A stretch of DNA of 64,000 nucleotides, from contig JBHGNT010000016.1 of NCBI GenBank assembly GCA_043228905.1, positions 3,038,001-3,102,000 on the forward strand, in the 5' to 3' direction. This document shows positions 1-13,201 of this stretch, piece by piece. Under the pieces are notes generated by a model that was not told the DNA's origin, searched no databases, and saw only the letters and a program-made list of their open reading frames with translations. The DNA is from Azolla caroliniana. Lineage: Eukaryota > Plantae > Polypodiophyta. The position numbers and the translations under genes are program-made. How positions within the stretch are numbered: the stretch's first letter is position 1; each line of letters begins with the position of its first letter.

Positions 1-220
1 ACCTAGATATGAAGAAGGAGAAGAAGGAGAAGAAGAAGAAGAAGAAGGTGATGGTGATGATAATGCAGATGGATTCGTGTAAGGGAAATTGTTGAGTTTC
101 TTGATGTGTAGATTTTACTACCCTATATGTAGTATAACGCAGCATTGACGAAGATTCGATACCACTCCCTTCGTTAGATATCTTTTTTATTATTACCTAA
201 GCTACCCATTGACACAACAT

Positions 221-222
<2 letters not shown>

Positions 223-259
<37 letters not shown>
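223..259. repeat. (AC)n microsatellite
   Basis: Perfect AC dinucleotide run; it explains the THTHTH ORF at 219. Confidence 0.95.
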
Positions 260-264
<5 letters not shown>

Positions 265-454
265 AGCTTCAAGATACGGTTATCAACGATGACTCCACCC
301 AAGGTAGACTAGATTTAGAATGTTTTGTAAGAGAACACGAAATATGCGTGGGATTCAGAAATCACCATTGGTCAAGACATAGAGATAATTCAAAGTCATC
401 ATGCATCAATGTTGTGTTGAGGTCAAGGTCTAACATCAAGAATGATTGACTGAT

Positions 455-478
455 TGTGTGTGTGTGTGTGTGTGTGTG
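455..478. repeat. (TG)12 microsatellite
   Basis: Perfect TG run. Confidence 0.95.
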
Positions 479-479
479 G

Positions 480-1079
480 AGAATGTATGTGGAAGCCACT
501 TATAGTTGGTTTTTCAAAATCTAGTTGATTGGCGGTTGGTGAATCACCAACTTCCCCACTTCAAATTGTAGCATTGGAAGATATTCAAAATTAGCATCCA
601 AAATGTATCGCAAAGCTTTTCAAACATTCGAATTTTGAGTATGAATAACCAAAGTACCAAATGCCATGATTTTTTGCTTGGATAGGAGAGGCTAATTTCC
701 TAGAAATGTATCTGTACATTGTAAACAACTTAGATGTAAACGTGATATGAATAGTATTGAAGCTTGAAATATTTGTGTGGCTGCCAATGGCATCCGATAT
801 CGAGCCTCAAAATCAAGTCTTTGGCCATCACGATGGTAAATGGTTCATTAAGAAAACATAATGTGATAAAAGCTCTTGAATTTGATTAAAATGTTTCATT
901 AGTTTGATATAATTGGATGTGGCAATTTTTTTTTGCTATGTGCGATTTATTTTTTTTAACATGTTCCGGTTAACATTATTACTCGTAGGAAAGTGGCCGG
1001 TTAAAATTTTTAATTTCCAGTTAGGATCATAAGTAGCAGGAAAAATTCCGGTAGGGTCTAGAAACTTTGCCCAACACTG
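480..1079 (+). mobile_element. possible degenerate hAT-like DNA transposon right end
   Basis: Ends in CAACACTG (reverse complement CAGTGTTG, a hAT-like terminus). Decayed translations such as ITKVPN and VSVHCKQLR weakly recall the hAT dimerisation domain. No partner TIR in the window. Confidence 0.3.
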
Positions 1080-1105
1080 GGTATATATAACTTATGTATC
1101 TATGT

Positions 1106-1824
1106 TGTCATGAAGTTACATGCGTGCATGTGAAATCCATTGGGGACTTGAACTAGAGACAATGGAAATGCCGAGCTCTCGATGATAGAGTTCCTGATGA
1201 TGTCAATATTTCTCAAAGAGTACAAACCACTTAGATTTCTAGTATGAGTGTAAGTTTGTTTTCATGTGCATATAATATTAATTATGTAAGTATTTATATA
1301 TCCGAATATGTTGTGATTTTATTTGTGTGTGTGGGTAAGTGTGCGAGCTCAATTGCATGGATGTATATGTATTTGTCGATGTGAATAATGAAATGTGAAT
1401 GTGCAAGAGTAGATGTAAATGTATTTTCGTTTTTCTTTTTATTTATATGGGAAGTAAATTTTTTTATTATAAATATGTTTGAATTAGTGTACTGTGTGAG
1501 TAGGCAAAAGTATGTTTATATAGCATGCTTTGGATACATGCATGCTCGCCACCTCATAGGCACGCATGCTCGCGATTTGTCATTCATGCAAGCATGCCAC
1601 TTGGCATTCATACAAGCATGACACTTGGTAATCATGCGTTAGCCTATGCGGTGGTAACGTTTGACACTATTAGATATATTTCTTCATGATCTAATATAAG
1701 AATTTACAATTTAATAAATGTAATATGATGTATCCTAGTGGTTGAAGCTACACATTATCTTTGACGAGGTCATGGGTTTGAATCCTTATCACAAGTCTTG
1801 GAGTTTTGGTATATGTTCATGACA
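1106..1824 (-). mobile_element. old LTR remnant of the Trp-primed Gypsy clade
   Basis: Starts TGTCATGAAGTTACATGCGTGCATGTGAAATCC, similar to the U5 ends at 24853, 39167 and the reverse complement of 2660-2698. Contains a CATGC-rich block and a tRNA-like A/B box (1731-1788). Candidate end TTCATGACA at 1824; right TSD does not match. Confidence 0.55.
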
Positions 1825-2269
1825 GTTATGGGGAGAGAAAAGAACGCGTGAAAGTGTTGAATTCTGGAGAGAGCAAATGTTGTGAATCAAGAGGGTCTGC
1901 GACATCAATTATGACAAGAGGTGACATGGTCGTCGATCGTTGAGACGTTGCACCGAAACTCAAGGATATCCCCCTTGACGCTCTGATTGTGAACTGGTCT
2001 TCACCGTTTACTTCTTTTTCATGAAATTTTAGGGCTCTTAGTTCTTATGTTATTTTCTGAAAAATTACCACCATTGTAATCTTTTATCTTGAAAACTAGT
2101 AATCCTTGCTTTTCATATAGGGATTTTCTTTCTTAATCTAGCATTTCTGGACTTAATATTATGAAATCCATTTGTAATGTTATGTTCTTTGGGCTAGTCA
2201 TGTGTTTCATTCTTAACCTCGAGCGTTAATCGTTGCTCAATTTGTTGTTTTACCTTTGACTCTACATTT

Positions 2270-2860
2270 CCTTCAACTTTGCCCTATCATCGACTTTGCC
2301 TTTCTTTAGACTCTCCATTTCCTTCGACTTTGCCCTACCTTTAAATATGCATTACTGTCGAATCTGCCTTACCTCCGACTTTACATTACCTTGAACTCTA
2401 CCTACCTTGGACTCTACATCCCCTTCAACTCTGTAGAGCCTTCAACTTTGACGAGCCTTCGACTGTGACTTACGTTCGACTTTGTAGAGCCCTTGACTCT
2501 AACGATCCTTTGAGTCTGATGAGCTTTCTACTCTAACTTACCTTCAACTCTGCCTTTCCTTTTACTCTAAAGAGCCTTCGAGTCTGACGAGAATTTGACT
2601 CTCAATAGCTTTTGAGTCACCTAATGTTCCATCCTCTCTTATTCAACTCCTAGGTGGTCCCGCTCGGATTTCACACGCATGCGTGTAACTTTGTGACATA
2701 AATTTGGTGAACATGATGTGAATAGAGGGGTAGGGGAGGATGGTTGGTGAATTGAATGTACGCATGCGTGTAACTTTGTGACATAAATTTGGTGAACTCG
2801 ATGTGAATAGAGGGGTAAGGGAGGATGGTTGGTGAATTGAATAACAATTTTGCTTGAGTG
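2270..2860 (+). mobile_element. LTR 3' end plus degenerate tRNA-Trp PBS, duplicated in tandem (85 bp period), preceded by decayed ~20 bp CTTCGACT repeats
   Basis: LTR end TTTGTGACA at 2698 and 2783, each followed by TGGTGAACATGATGTGA (2705) or TGGTGAACTCGATGTGA (2790), which are decayed versions of the PBS TGGTGAACCCGACGTGA. Confidence 0.7.
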
Positions 2861-3025
2861 ATGACCATGATGATGGATGCACGCTTCATGAGAGAGACAA
2901 CACAACATGCCTTAACAAGGCCATTAAAAAGATTGTGCATGCAAATGTTTGCTTCGATGGGAAAGATATGACCTAATACCTTGAGACCTACAAAACTGAA
3001 ATGTGAACAATGGATATTCCTATGG

Positions 3026-5250
3026 CTCTTGACATGACCATGTTATAATCGAGTGTTATGTGTTAACCACACATCTAGCATATAATCATGTATATACTTC
3101 CTCATTGTAGGTTTTAGCTAGCATCATGTGCATAATTTCTCCCTTGTATTATTAACACTTGGCACATGCATGCGTACCTATTGCCTACATGCTCTATTGT
3201 ATCACATGCGTGCAACAAGTATGCATGGCACTTAGTATAAATAGTTGAGTTCACCTTGAAGGAATTCAAGGTGAACAACGCCAGTCATGGACATATCAAT
3301 CTAGTATTCTCATTTCGCCCAATCTTGTCTCCTTAATCTTCATCTCTATCTTTATGCTCTTGTGTCATTCCGTCATCGCTCTGTCGTAGCCTCATCATCC
3401 GTGCTCCGTCTTAGTCCGTACTTGGTGTGTCCGTGACAATTTGTTCACCTTCCAACTAGAAGCATCACCCGTCTCCATCATCGACCTTGCTTCTAGAGTT
3501 ACCATCGTCACCGTACCATCATCAACATCGCTTCATTTCCTATCTTCCTCGCCATTTCTATCTCCTAGTTTCTTCTCATCATTTTCATTGCCTTTTAGTT
3601 TCTCCTCATCATTGTCTCTATTTTTTAGTTTCTTTCCCGTTCGTGTTCGTGTTCCAGTTCCCGGTGAGGGCCGCACAAGGCCGCTCATTCCCGTTGGTGT
3701 TCGTGTTCTAGTTCTCACTCCCGTTGGTGTTCGTGTTCCAGTTCCCAGTGAGGTCCGCACAAGGCCGCTCACTCCTGTTGGTGTTCGTGTTCAAGTTCTT
3801 GGTGAGGGACGCATGGTCGCTCACGCCCGTTCGTGTTCGAGTTCTGTGTGAGGGCCACATGGTCACTCACTCCCGTTCGTGTTCCAGTGTCCGGTGAGGA
3901 CCGCACATGGTCGCTCACTCCCATTGGTGTTCATGTTCGAGTTCCTAGTGAGGGCCGTTTGTTCACTCATGCATGTTCCTGTTCGAGTTTCCGATGAGGG
4001 CCGCATGGTCTCTCACTCTTGTTCGTGTTCTTGTTCCCGGTGAGGGCTGCATGCTCGCTTACTCCCGTTCATGTTCTAGTCTCAGGTGAGGACCGCACAT
4101 GGTCACTCACTCCCGTTCATGTTCTAGTCTCAAGTGAGGACCGCACATGGTCACTCACTCCCGTTGGTGTTCGTGTTCGAGTGAGGGCCGCATGGTTGCT
4201 CACACCCGTTCGTGTTCCTGTTCCCGGTGAGGGCCGCACATGACCGCTCACTCCCGTTCGTGTTCATGTTCCCGGTGAGGGCCGCATGGTCGCTCACTTC
4301 CGTTCGTGTTCTAGTCTCCGGTGAGGACCACACACCGTCGCTCACTCCAACTATTGTTCGTGTTCTAGATCCCGGTGAGGACCGACATGGTCGCTCATGC
4401 TCATTGTTGTTCATGTTCCAATTCCTGGTGAGGACAACACATGGTCGATTAATCCCGTTCGTGTTCCATTTCTCGGTGAGGACAACATGGTTGCTCACGC
4501 CTGTTGGTGTTTGTGTTCCAACTCTCAGCGAGGACCGTTCCAGTTCCCGGCAAGGACCTCACATGGTTACTCATGCCCCTTGGTGTTCATGCTCCCCGTG
4601 AGGACCGCACATGGTTGCTCACACCCGTTGATATTTGTGTTCCAGTTCTAGACGAGGACCACACATGGTCGCTCATGCCCGTTGGTGTAAAATACCTCGT
4701 CTTGTGGAAAGGTTACTCCTTGTCTAGGATTTACAAAATACTTTGGAGGTGATCTAAGATTTTCATTAACAATATCCCCTTAAGCCGACAAACGATCTGG
4801 GAAGGCATCGTTGAAGGGGGGATAATGTCAAGATTCGACTCTTGCATGACCATGTTATAATCGTGTGTTATGTGTTAACCACACATCTAGCATATAATCA
4901 TGTATATACTTCCTCATTGTAGGTTTTAGCTAGCATCATGTGCATAATTTCTCCCTTGTATTATTAACACTTGGCACATGCATGCGTACCTATTGCCTAC
5001 ATGCTTTATTGTATCACATGCGTGCAACAAGTATGCATGACACTTAGTATAAATAGTTGAGTTCACCTTGAAGGAATTCAAGGTGAACAACGCCAGTCAT
5101 GGACATATCAAACTAGTATTCTCATTTCGCCCAATCTTGTCTCCTTAATCTTCATCTCTATCTTTATGCTCTTGTGTCATTCCGTCATCGCTCCATTGTA
5201 GCCTCATCATCCGTGCTCCGTCTTAGTCCGTACTTGGTGTGTCCGTGACA
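3026..5250 (+). mobile_element. non-autonomous LTR element (TRIM/LARD-like) with a tandem-repeat internal region
   Basis: Near-identical direct repeats at 3026-3438 (first ~14 bp missing) and 4826-5250 (TGTCA...TGACA). PPT TGAAGGGGGGATAA precedes the 3' LTR. No gag or pol motifs inside. Confidence 0.85.
3637..4690. repeat. tandem array of about 20 imperfect 45-60 bp units
   Basis: Unit GGTGAGGRCCGCACATGGTCGCTCACTCCCGTT(GGTGTT)CGTGTTCCAGTTCC repeated head to tail. Confidence 0.9.
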
Positions 5251-6057
5251 GTGAGTTGTCAAGTTTTGCTAGGGTTGTAGCTTCAAACCTCCATTCTCAC
5301 TTCTTAGATATATAAGAAGGAAGCCCGGATTGGGTCACTTTTAAATGAACCTTACTTCAGGAATATGGCTTCAATGATTCATCCTGAATGACGAAGAAGG
5401 ATCTAATGGATTGGCTAAGCAAAATGAGCAGTCGTCCAATGCCCTTAGTATGGATTATGTGAGATATGGAATGCCATATGATGCTAGCAAATTGCATCAA
5501 AAACTGAAGCTTCAAGGAGTGTCTCTGAATGCGATAACAATTTTTATTATTTTGGGATTTCAACATTTGCAATGGTGTAGAAGCCATTGAAAAGGCCAAG
5601 CATTCTGTACTCATCTTGTAAATAGAGGGATATGCAATATTCATTGTGATAATGTACTATTTTGTATAGTGACTCTGGCCATTTTAATTATAATACCAAT
5701 GGAGGATATTTTTATGGGAAAAAAAACTCCAAAAATGAACCCTTCCTCCTTTTATAGGAAAATCAAGGGGAGGGGCGCCTTATTTGCATTGAATTACAAA
5801 CATCCAGTTCTCAATATTTAAAGTGCGAAAAGAATATCATCAAAGGCAACTATTCTAGAATCGAACTTTGCACCTCTTACAACAATTTAATGATTCTAAT
5901 AATATTTTTATATTTTCATATGTATAAATAATATCTTAACTCTCTCTCTTTCTCCTTTGCCCTTTTTCTCACATGTCACATGTTTTCTCTCTCACGTTTT
6001 CTCCCACACCTTCACACTAGTCCTTTGCCCTTCTTCACCCGCAAATCTCATGTTTGG

Positions 6058-6505
6058 CATGCCACATCACAACACTCCAAAATGATAGCATTAAATCGTC
6101 AACCTCAAGAGCTTTAGAGCTTTGAGTCTCTACCCCGTTCACCCGTGTTTCTCATGCTCGGCATGCCACATCACGACAACACTCCAAAATGATAGCTTTA
6201 AATTGTCAACCTCAAGAGCTTTAGAGCTTGGAGTCTCTACCTTTTTAGATGAGACATTAGTTCCCTTCGATTTTTAGATGAAAAGATTGGAGGCATGGAA
6301 CTTGATGAAAAGATTGGAGGCATGAACTTGAAGTGTGGACCATGTGTAGCATGCGGCCTTCCCGTGGGGGAATTTAAGTTATCTATACAACTCCTAGTAC
6401 AAATCAGTCCATGCTTTTGAGAATCTATGCTACACCTTCCCATGGGGGAATTTAAGTTATTTACACACCTCCTAGTACAAATCAGTCCATGCTTTTGAGA
6501 ATCTA
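6058..6505. repeat. three adjacent tandem duplications upstream of the BAHD gene
   Basis: 6058-6134 vs 6162-6241; GATGAAAAGATTGGAGGCATG x2 (6277-6330); 6358-6428 vs 6436-6505. Confidence 0.85.
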
Positions 6506-6587
6506 AAAAGGGTCAACATGAGACAATGTGATCATAACCTCATGTTTAATTCCCTAATGTAATGTTCCATGTCACCTTGAGCCCAAC

Positions 6588-8246
6588 ATGAGTTCTTGTC
6601 CTCCTCCTCCTATTGTGATCGAAAAGTCCACAACAATCATCCCGGCCTCGCCTTCCACAAAACGCCACCTATTCCTTTCGTCACTTGACATACATTGGCG
6701 AGAGGTACATTACAACAAGAGAATCCTCTTCTACCCCAACATTATCACCACCACCGGTTGCCACGATGCCACCGAGACATTGAAGACGAGCCTCTCGGCC
6801 ATGCTCGTCCACTACTACCCATGGGCGGGACGTTTAGCCCTAGATCCCCAAGGCCGTCTTATCATTGATTGCAATGATGTGGGTGTCGAATTCGTGGAGG
6901 CCTCGGTTGACTTTCAAATGAGCGAGATTAACCGAGAAGGCTTCCCGATGATGCCCCTCTACGAGAGCCTTTGCCGACCAGTGGATCACACTGGGGATTG
7001 CCTCTACACGAGCCCTCTACTCTCCATCCAGGTACACACGTGAAATGACATCTAATAATGTCAATATTATTTATAGCATCATGAGATCTCATAAACCAAA
7101 TGTATTTGATTGACATGATTGAATGTGAATTTTAGACCTCATAAACCAAATGTATTTGACATGATTGAATGTGAATTTTCCATCTCATAAACCAAATCTA
7201 TTTGATTGACATGATTGAATGTGAATTTTAGATCTCATAAACCAAATGGATTTGACATGATTAAATGTGAGATTAAGCAGGTGACCCGGTTTTCGAACGG
7301 GGGGATATCATTAGGACTATCGCATAGCCACGTTGTGGCGGACGGGAAGTCGTTGTGGGATTTCATGGTGGCATGGGGGGAGTGTGCAAGGGGCAATGTC
7401 GGCACGACGATGCCCCCGATTCACGAGAGAGAGAGGCTAGCACTCACTGGGCCTCCGTCCAAAGATGTAGCGAAGCGATACACGGCAAAGCTGCAGAGGA
7501 ATCACGATCGATTCATGGAGAATGGTGGCAGTGATCATGTAAAACTTCCGAAGCCGCCACCGATGGAGACGGGGCTAATTCAATGCATGTTTGTTCTGCC
7601 CGCATCATCGATCAAGAAGCTGAAAGCAGAGGCAGGAGGGAGCTACACTACCTACGAGGTCTTGTGTGCCCACTTCTGGCGACAATTGACCCAGGCTAGG
7701 CTATCTCCTCCAGACACCAAGGTAAGGTTCATGGTGATGGCCAACCTTAGGGCCAAGATGGAGCCGCCATTGCCCCCTTCCTACTTCGGTAATGTCCTGG
7801 ATAACACCTCATCCGATGCGCGTGCGACCGATGTCCTGGCCGAGGGCCTCGGCCACACGGCCCGACGTATCCACGAGGCTGTCCTCATGTGTACACCCGA
7901 CTCCCTCGTGGCCAACATTCATTGGCTCGAGCTCCACGGGAACAGCTCCGCAGACGCACGCAAGGACTGGGCTGAGTTCCAGATGGCGGGCGCTGCGAGC
8001 TCCCCGAGGTTCCCTGTGTACCAAGTTGAATTCGGGTGGGGCCGTCCCGCGGCTGTCCGATCGGCCAAAGTCCCGGGCGATGGAGAGATGGTTCTTTTCG
8101 GGGGCCACGAAGGCTCCTCGGGCCTGGGTGTTGGGGATATAGAGATATGTGTAGCCCTTCCATCTCATGTCATGGAAAGGCTCCTCAATGACCCCACTTT
8201 CTTGGCCAAACCCGTGTCTAACCCCTTCCACTACTACAAGAAGTAA
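6588..8246 (+). CDS. BAHD-family acyl-CoA acyltransferase, 2 exons (6588-7031, 7281-8246), about 469 aa
   Basis: YYPWAGRL and IDCNDVGVEFVEA motifs in exon 1. Phase-0 GT-AG intron after the conserved Q (LLSIQ|VTRF). Catalytic HXXXD (HVVAD), YFGN, and DFGWG variant EFGWG. AATAAA at about 8393. Confidence 0.93.
7083..7270. repeat. intronic ~50 bp tandem repeat (about 4 units)
   Basis: AGATCTCATAAACCAAATGTATTTGA(TTGA)CATGATTGAATGTGAATTTT repeated up to the acceptor site. Confidence 0.9.
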
Positions 8247-8439
8247 GAAGTAGTAGTGGTAACGGCGAATAATGTTACAAGGCATTGCCTTGCATCCTCC
8301 GACCTTGTGTGTTACCTAATGTTGGAGGGTTTCAAAAACTTTCGTGTATTTTGTCTACTCCTAGGCATTTTCTTAATGCTGGAAGGATTTTAAATAAAGT
8401 GCTCTCCTTCTCTCCATAATTGTATTTTATTGCGTATAC

Positions 8440-9870
8440 TTTTTTTTTTCCTTCAAAGATTTTTTTCTATAGTATTAAAACATCGAGAAAGTACAAGTAA
8501 AAGTTATGTGCCCGTAGGCTTACAACGTAATGTATGTACACCTAAACTTGTACATACAAAAACAACTTATATAGGGTATTGAGCCTTAAACGATACATTA
8601 ACATGTTGGTTTTATATCAAGAAAGGGTCCATGGAAGATGATAATTCCATTGAGGTCTTTGGTTTGTCATTACAAAGAGAGGCACCTTCCTCCATAAGTG
8701 AAGAAGCTTCATCCTTCTTTTATGAATATTTTCTGGAGAACCAGACATGTTATCATACTGCCCACGAACTACTGTCAACAATGTTTCCCATATCTCAAGC
8801 AATACCTCTGGAATGCCAAGCTTTGCGGCATCGTAAAGTCGATTGCATCTACATTTCCATAATACCCATAATGTTATCGTTGTCACAGTTTTCCAGATCT
8901 AGACAGATCACATCTGCTTTCGAGGTTGCTTAAACGGACTAACTGATATCAATCTTCTGTTATATGCCGCCATGGCCTCTTGTATATCATTTGCCTCATA
9001 CAACATCAGGCTGGAGTGTAATATTCCCCACACCGTTGCTCCCCATGAGAACAAGCAACCAACATTGATTGTTAGGAATAAAGAATGAACTTTATTCTAT
9101 ACTTGCTGATCCAAGGGACAAGACTAGAGGGCATGCTTAGTAGTCTCCGGCGTTGCATAGCAAAATCCACATTGCCTGAGATTATGTGCTACATTCCCTT
9201 TTAACGTCTGGCCAACTGGTAATGCAACATGCACTAATAGCCATCTAAAAAGAATAAATTTAGAAGGCCCCTTGAAAGACCATATCCATCTCCAATATGT
9301 TTTCAACTACAACGTTGAAACACCCTAGTTAGTCCAATGTTTTTGTGCTGCTGGCGCCATTACATTCATAGACCTTAGTAATGACCTTCTTAGCTTTGCT
9401 GAATACTGTAAAAGGGAACCTTTATGATATGTTCCCCCAAGGAATATGTCCAGAACCAACCCCTCAGATCCCATAGTAGTCTTGCAACAGGTTCTTTTGC
9501 ATACAACCACATCATATCACACATATGAGCAATAGAAGGATAAGGATCTAGCAACCACTTCTTTCCCATTTTTGCAATCACTCTGACTGGTGCATTCCGC
9601 ATATGCTAAAAGTAGCTGCAATCAAAAGCATGAGGCTGCATTCTATTGTTATCAAGAACCTCAAAATGAGATATGCACCCATTAGGTGAGATACCCTTGA
9701 CAACCAACAATATATCATTTATGAAGCATCCAAACCAAAAATGCTCCTGTATGGGTTCGAAAGTCACCGCTAATGAGGAATATGAAGCTGAAATGGCAGC
9801 CATCATTATCTTGGCTCCATGAAGAGTTTGTAGATGCGCAAGTCGATCTACTTGTGGCATCTGTCTTTAA
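8440..9870 (-). mobile_element. 5'-truncated L1-like LINE (ORF2 C-terminal part, degenerate)
   Basis: Minus-strand fragments WRWIWSFKGPSKFILFRWLLVH...CGFCYATPETTKHAL (zf-RVT-like) and ITLWVLWKCRCNRLY. T10 run at 8440-8449 is the candidate poly(A) tail. Confidence 0.75.
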
Positions 9871-10893
9871 GGCCTAGATTGAGATAAAAGAACAAAACAA
9901 TTTGCATACTTTGATTTTGCTAGTCCCCAATACCTTCGATATTGAAAGAGCTATATCAAAATGTCGAGAAGGAATTCTCTACTCCATACAAATACACATA
10001 CAAGCCCAAATGCAAAACTCCATATAACACAAAACACGTTCGTGTTTAGACGTGGAAGGATCGTGCATTCCACTTTTAGATTCCCTTTGTAGTCACACAA
10101 TTTTAGCCTGTTGTGAAATCGGACGTACACCAGTATCACATGATCAACCAAACATGGTGAATTTATTGATTTATTAATCTGATGCATCTCTATACCTAGA
10201 GAACATGCTATTTATTGGAGAAAATATAAATGTATGAGATTTATTTTTGCAATGTTTACAAATTTAGGTTGGGGTTTACCACGCATTCATTTGATACAAA
10301 TTAATTATTTGAGGAAAGCATTAACAAACAGGGATTCCATTTTCGTGAGATGTAAAATGCAGAGGTTTACAATGGTTAAACTTTCCAAGAGAGGTGTATA
10401 TGCTATTTGAGAAATTGATATTTACATATTATTGAATACAATACATTGCAATTAATCCTTAGTAAAGATCATTAGGATATAATACCAAATGTATATGTTC
10501 ATGACAACACATGAAAATTAGAAGTAGAAAGCATACTAATAACTATTAGTTTACATGACATTAGACATAAAAGAATATACCCAAAACATATATGACAATT
10601 ATTAAGGCATAGGCAGTGCTAAATTTTTGGGTGCCAAAATAGGGACAACACTCCAGTAGTAACGTTGAAGCATGTATTAAAATTTTCATTTGATTGTGTA
10701 CACATAAACACTAAATCAAGAAGTTAAACACATATATACAAATGGCGTACTAATAATCTATACAGAGCACACATTGATAACCCTCCATACATCTAGTCCA
10801 GACAACCATCAACCATAGAAACATGATTGTTGTATAATCCCCTCCAATAAAGCAAATACTCCCCAATATCTACCAATGCCTCCTTTAGTCCCA

Positions 10894-11760
10894 CTATAAG
10901 TTTTGGACGTGCATCTTATGTGGTTCTCTGATCTCCAAAGGACGACATCCTGTATTCTCATTCAGAGGGGGGCGATGGATATGGGTTATCGGAAGGTTAA
11001 AAACTTGCCCCTTACGTACAAGATTTCTATGGATGATGTCCTGTCTTATTTTATTTTGTTCTGATGACAACACACCAGATGCAAGCTCTACTCCTAGTGT
11101 AGATCGAGCCTCATCATCTTTTGTTGAACTCGATGACTCAGAATCTGACATTTTGGTCACCTTCTTTTCTTGAGGCCTGGACTACACAACATATTTCTTT
11201 ATTGGTGCTTTAACAGGTGATAAAGAGGCTGCCTTCAAATTAACATGGCCTTGAATGTTTGGCCTCAATGTTGTTATCAGGTTGGTACTTGTCTCAATAG
11301 CATTCCGGAAGGATTCTGGCCCGCATGAATCCTTCAACAAGTAATCTTCGAAGACAGTCATCTTACGGACTCCTTTTGTACAGTTGACTAACACAACCAA
11401 ATTACTTGAGTCCACGTCTTCATAGTCAAGCCACAAAATTTTGCCATAGCTAAATGACCGATCTTGGGCAAGCATCCCACGTCCAGCTAGTCTGGAAACT
11501 AAGAGTACTACCTTCTTTTTCGAGTTGACATATTGCAATGCCCACTTGTGTCCAATTAAGTCTCTGTCCAGCTGGTCTTCACCTCCTCCAATCGTGACAG
11601 ATGACTTCTGACTAACTTCGCCAGACAGCTGCCTCACGATTTCATCCTCAAACACGAGTTTCTTTCCCTTTTGCGGATACGTGACAACAGGGATCTTTGT
11701 TGTCTCTGGTGGAAAGCTTTGATACTTAATCCGAATTTTTTTGAGTGGCCTCTCCTCCAT
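10894..11760 (-). pseudogene. second (accessory) ORF of the Sola-like element, function unknown
   Basis: ORFs 11760-11182 and 11160-10894 share one frame, separated by a single TAG. A splice-acceptor-like TAG lies just upstream. Divergent from the transposase. Confidence 0.55.
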
Positions 11761-12429
11761 AGGATCAGTCGACCTACATGAAATAATAGAACAGTGAACC
11801 TAAACCTACATTATCTCAAATGATAATGTATTGTAAGATGGTAAGGTTTGGAAAATGAGAATTCAAAAAATAGCTTGGCCTCATTAAGCTCTTGCCTAAC
11901 AACTTGTGTAAGGGACCTACTTAAAGGGTGTAGTAATAAGGTCAAAAACCTAGTAAGAGGCACTGGAAAGGGAGCTCAAATAATGGAATAGTGAAACCTA
12001 AATCCTCCTAACTGGCAATGGTAGTAAGGTAGTAAGGTGGTATGGTAATGTTTTTGCCTCACTTCAGTCTTACAGTATGCACATTCCTAGTAAATGAAGG
12101 TGGTATGGTGTGCCAAAATAGCAATCCAGTAATGTTTTGGCCTCATTTCAGTGTTACAATAAGCACATTCCTAGTAAGTGGTGTAAAGGACTTGTAGGAT
12201 GGGGGAAACAAGGTTAGAAACCTAGGAACTTGATTACAGGGCATGATAAATGTATATCTAACGTCTCTTAGTTCTCTAAACCCTCAAATTACTAGAAATT
12301 TGACATCTCCATCAGTGTCCATATCTCAGGTTGCAGGCCAAATTCTACTATATTTTGACCTTCATTCAGAATTTCTAAACATGTTTTTACTTCTTATTTT
12401 TAGCCTAATGTTTGCTTTCATGTTTTTGA

Positions 12430-13201
12430 TGTCGGATAGTGGCCACCGCCTTTCTATTCAGAAGCTTCCAGTCCGACTCCAATACCCCTCTAGGTATTTC
12501 TGCTCTATCGATTGGCTCGTACAGGTCTTTTACTATAAGAAGGTCTTCCATCTTTATCTTCCAGTGTGCATAGTTTTGAGAGTTTAGAACTATCATACTT
12601 GGGAATCCGCTCACACCTCCTTCCATGCTTGCACCTCAAGCTCTAATGCCAGATTGTTGAGAAATTTATGTGGAATAGATCACAATAAATGAATGAACTA
12701 CGCGCTGAAATACGAATCACAAGAAATGCCAGAAAGACAAGATAAACAGATGTACACAGAGATTTACGTGGAAACCCTAAAACGGGGAAAAACCACGGGT
12801 GAACAGATTTTTCACTATAGTATAGTGGATATACAATACAGAGATGATTACAACACTCTGTCGAGTGTATCAACCGCAAAGGGCTCTTCGCGTTTGCTGT
12901 TACACACACAACTATGGCGCAACTCTCACTTCTCTCTCTCTCACTCCCTATCGTTTTGTTTCTACTGTTTTGCACACACATAAAGTTTGCCCTAGTTGTA
13001 TATATACTTACACAACTTTATGGCTATTTACATACGTAGCCTTCATGGGGCGCACACTTAGACTATTTACAAGTATAGTCACCCGAGTTGGCTAATTACT
13101 TCCACTGTCGGCTTTCCGAATAGTCGGATCTTCCCTGTCATCGACTGTCGGCTTTTCGATCAATCGTTTCTTCCTCCCACTAGAGGGACATATTCCCAAC
13201 A
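12430..13201 (-). mobile_element. truncated Copia element: 5' LTR (12655-13201), Met-tRNA PBS, gag start
   Basis: LTR TGTTGG...TCAACA on the minus strand, PBS TGGCATTAGAGC (12651-12640), gag N-terminus LNSQNYAHWKIKMEDLLIVKDLYEPI. Confidence 0.85.

Noticed and set aside
223-478. (AC)n and (TG)n tracts forming an inverted repeat around 195 bp
   Set aside because: No TSD or second copy; two chance microsatellites explain it.
3637-4690. CRISPR-like appearance of the repeat arrays here and at 13202-13410 and 37389-37610
   Set aside because: No unique spacers, no cas genes, and a eukaryotic TE context; these are tandem repeats.
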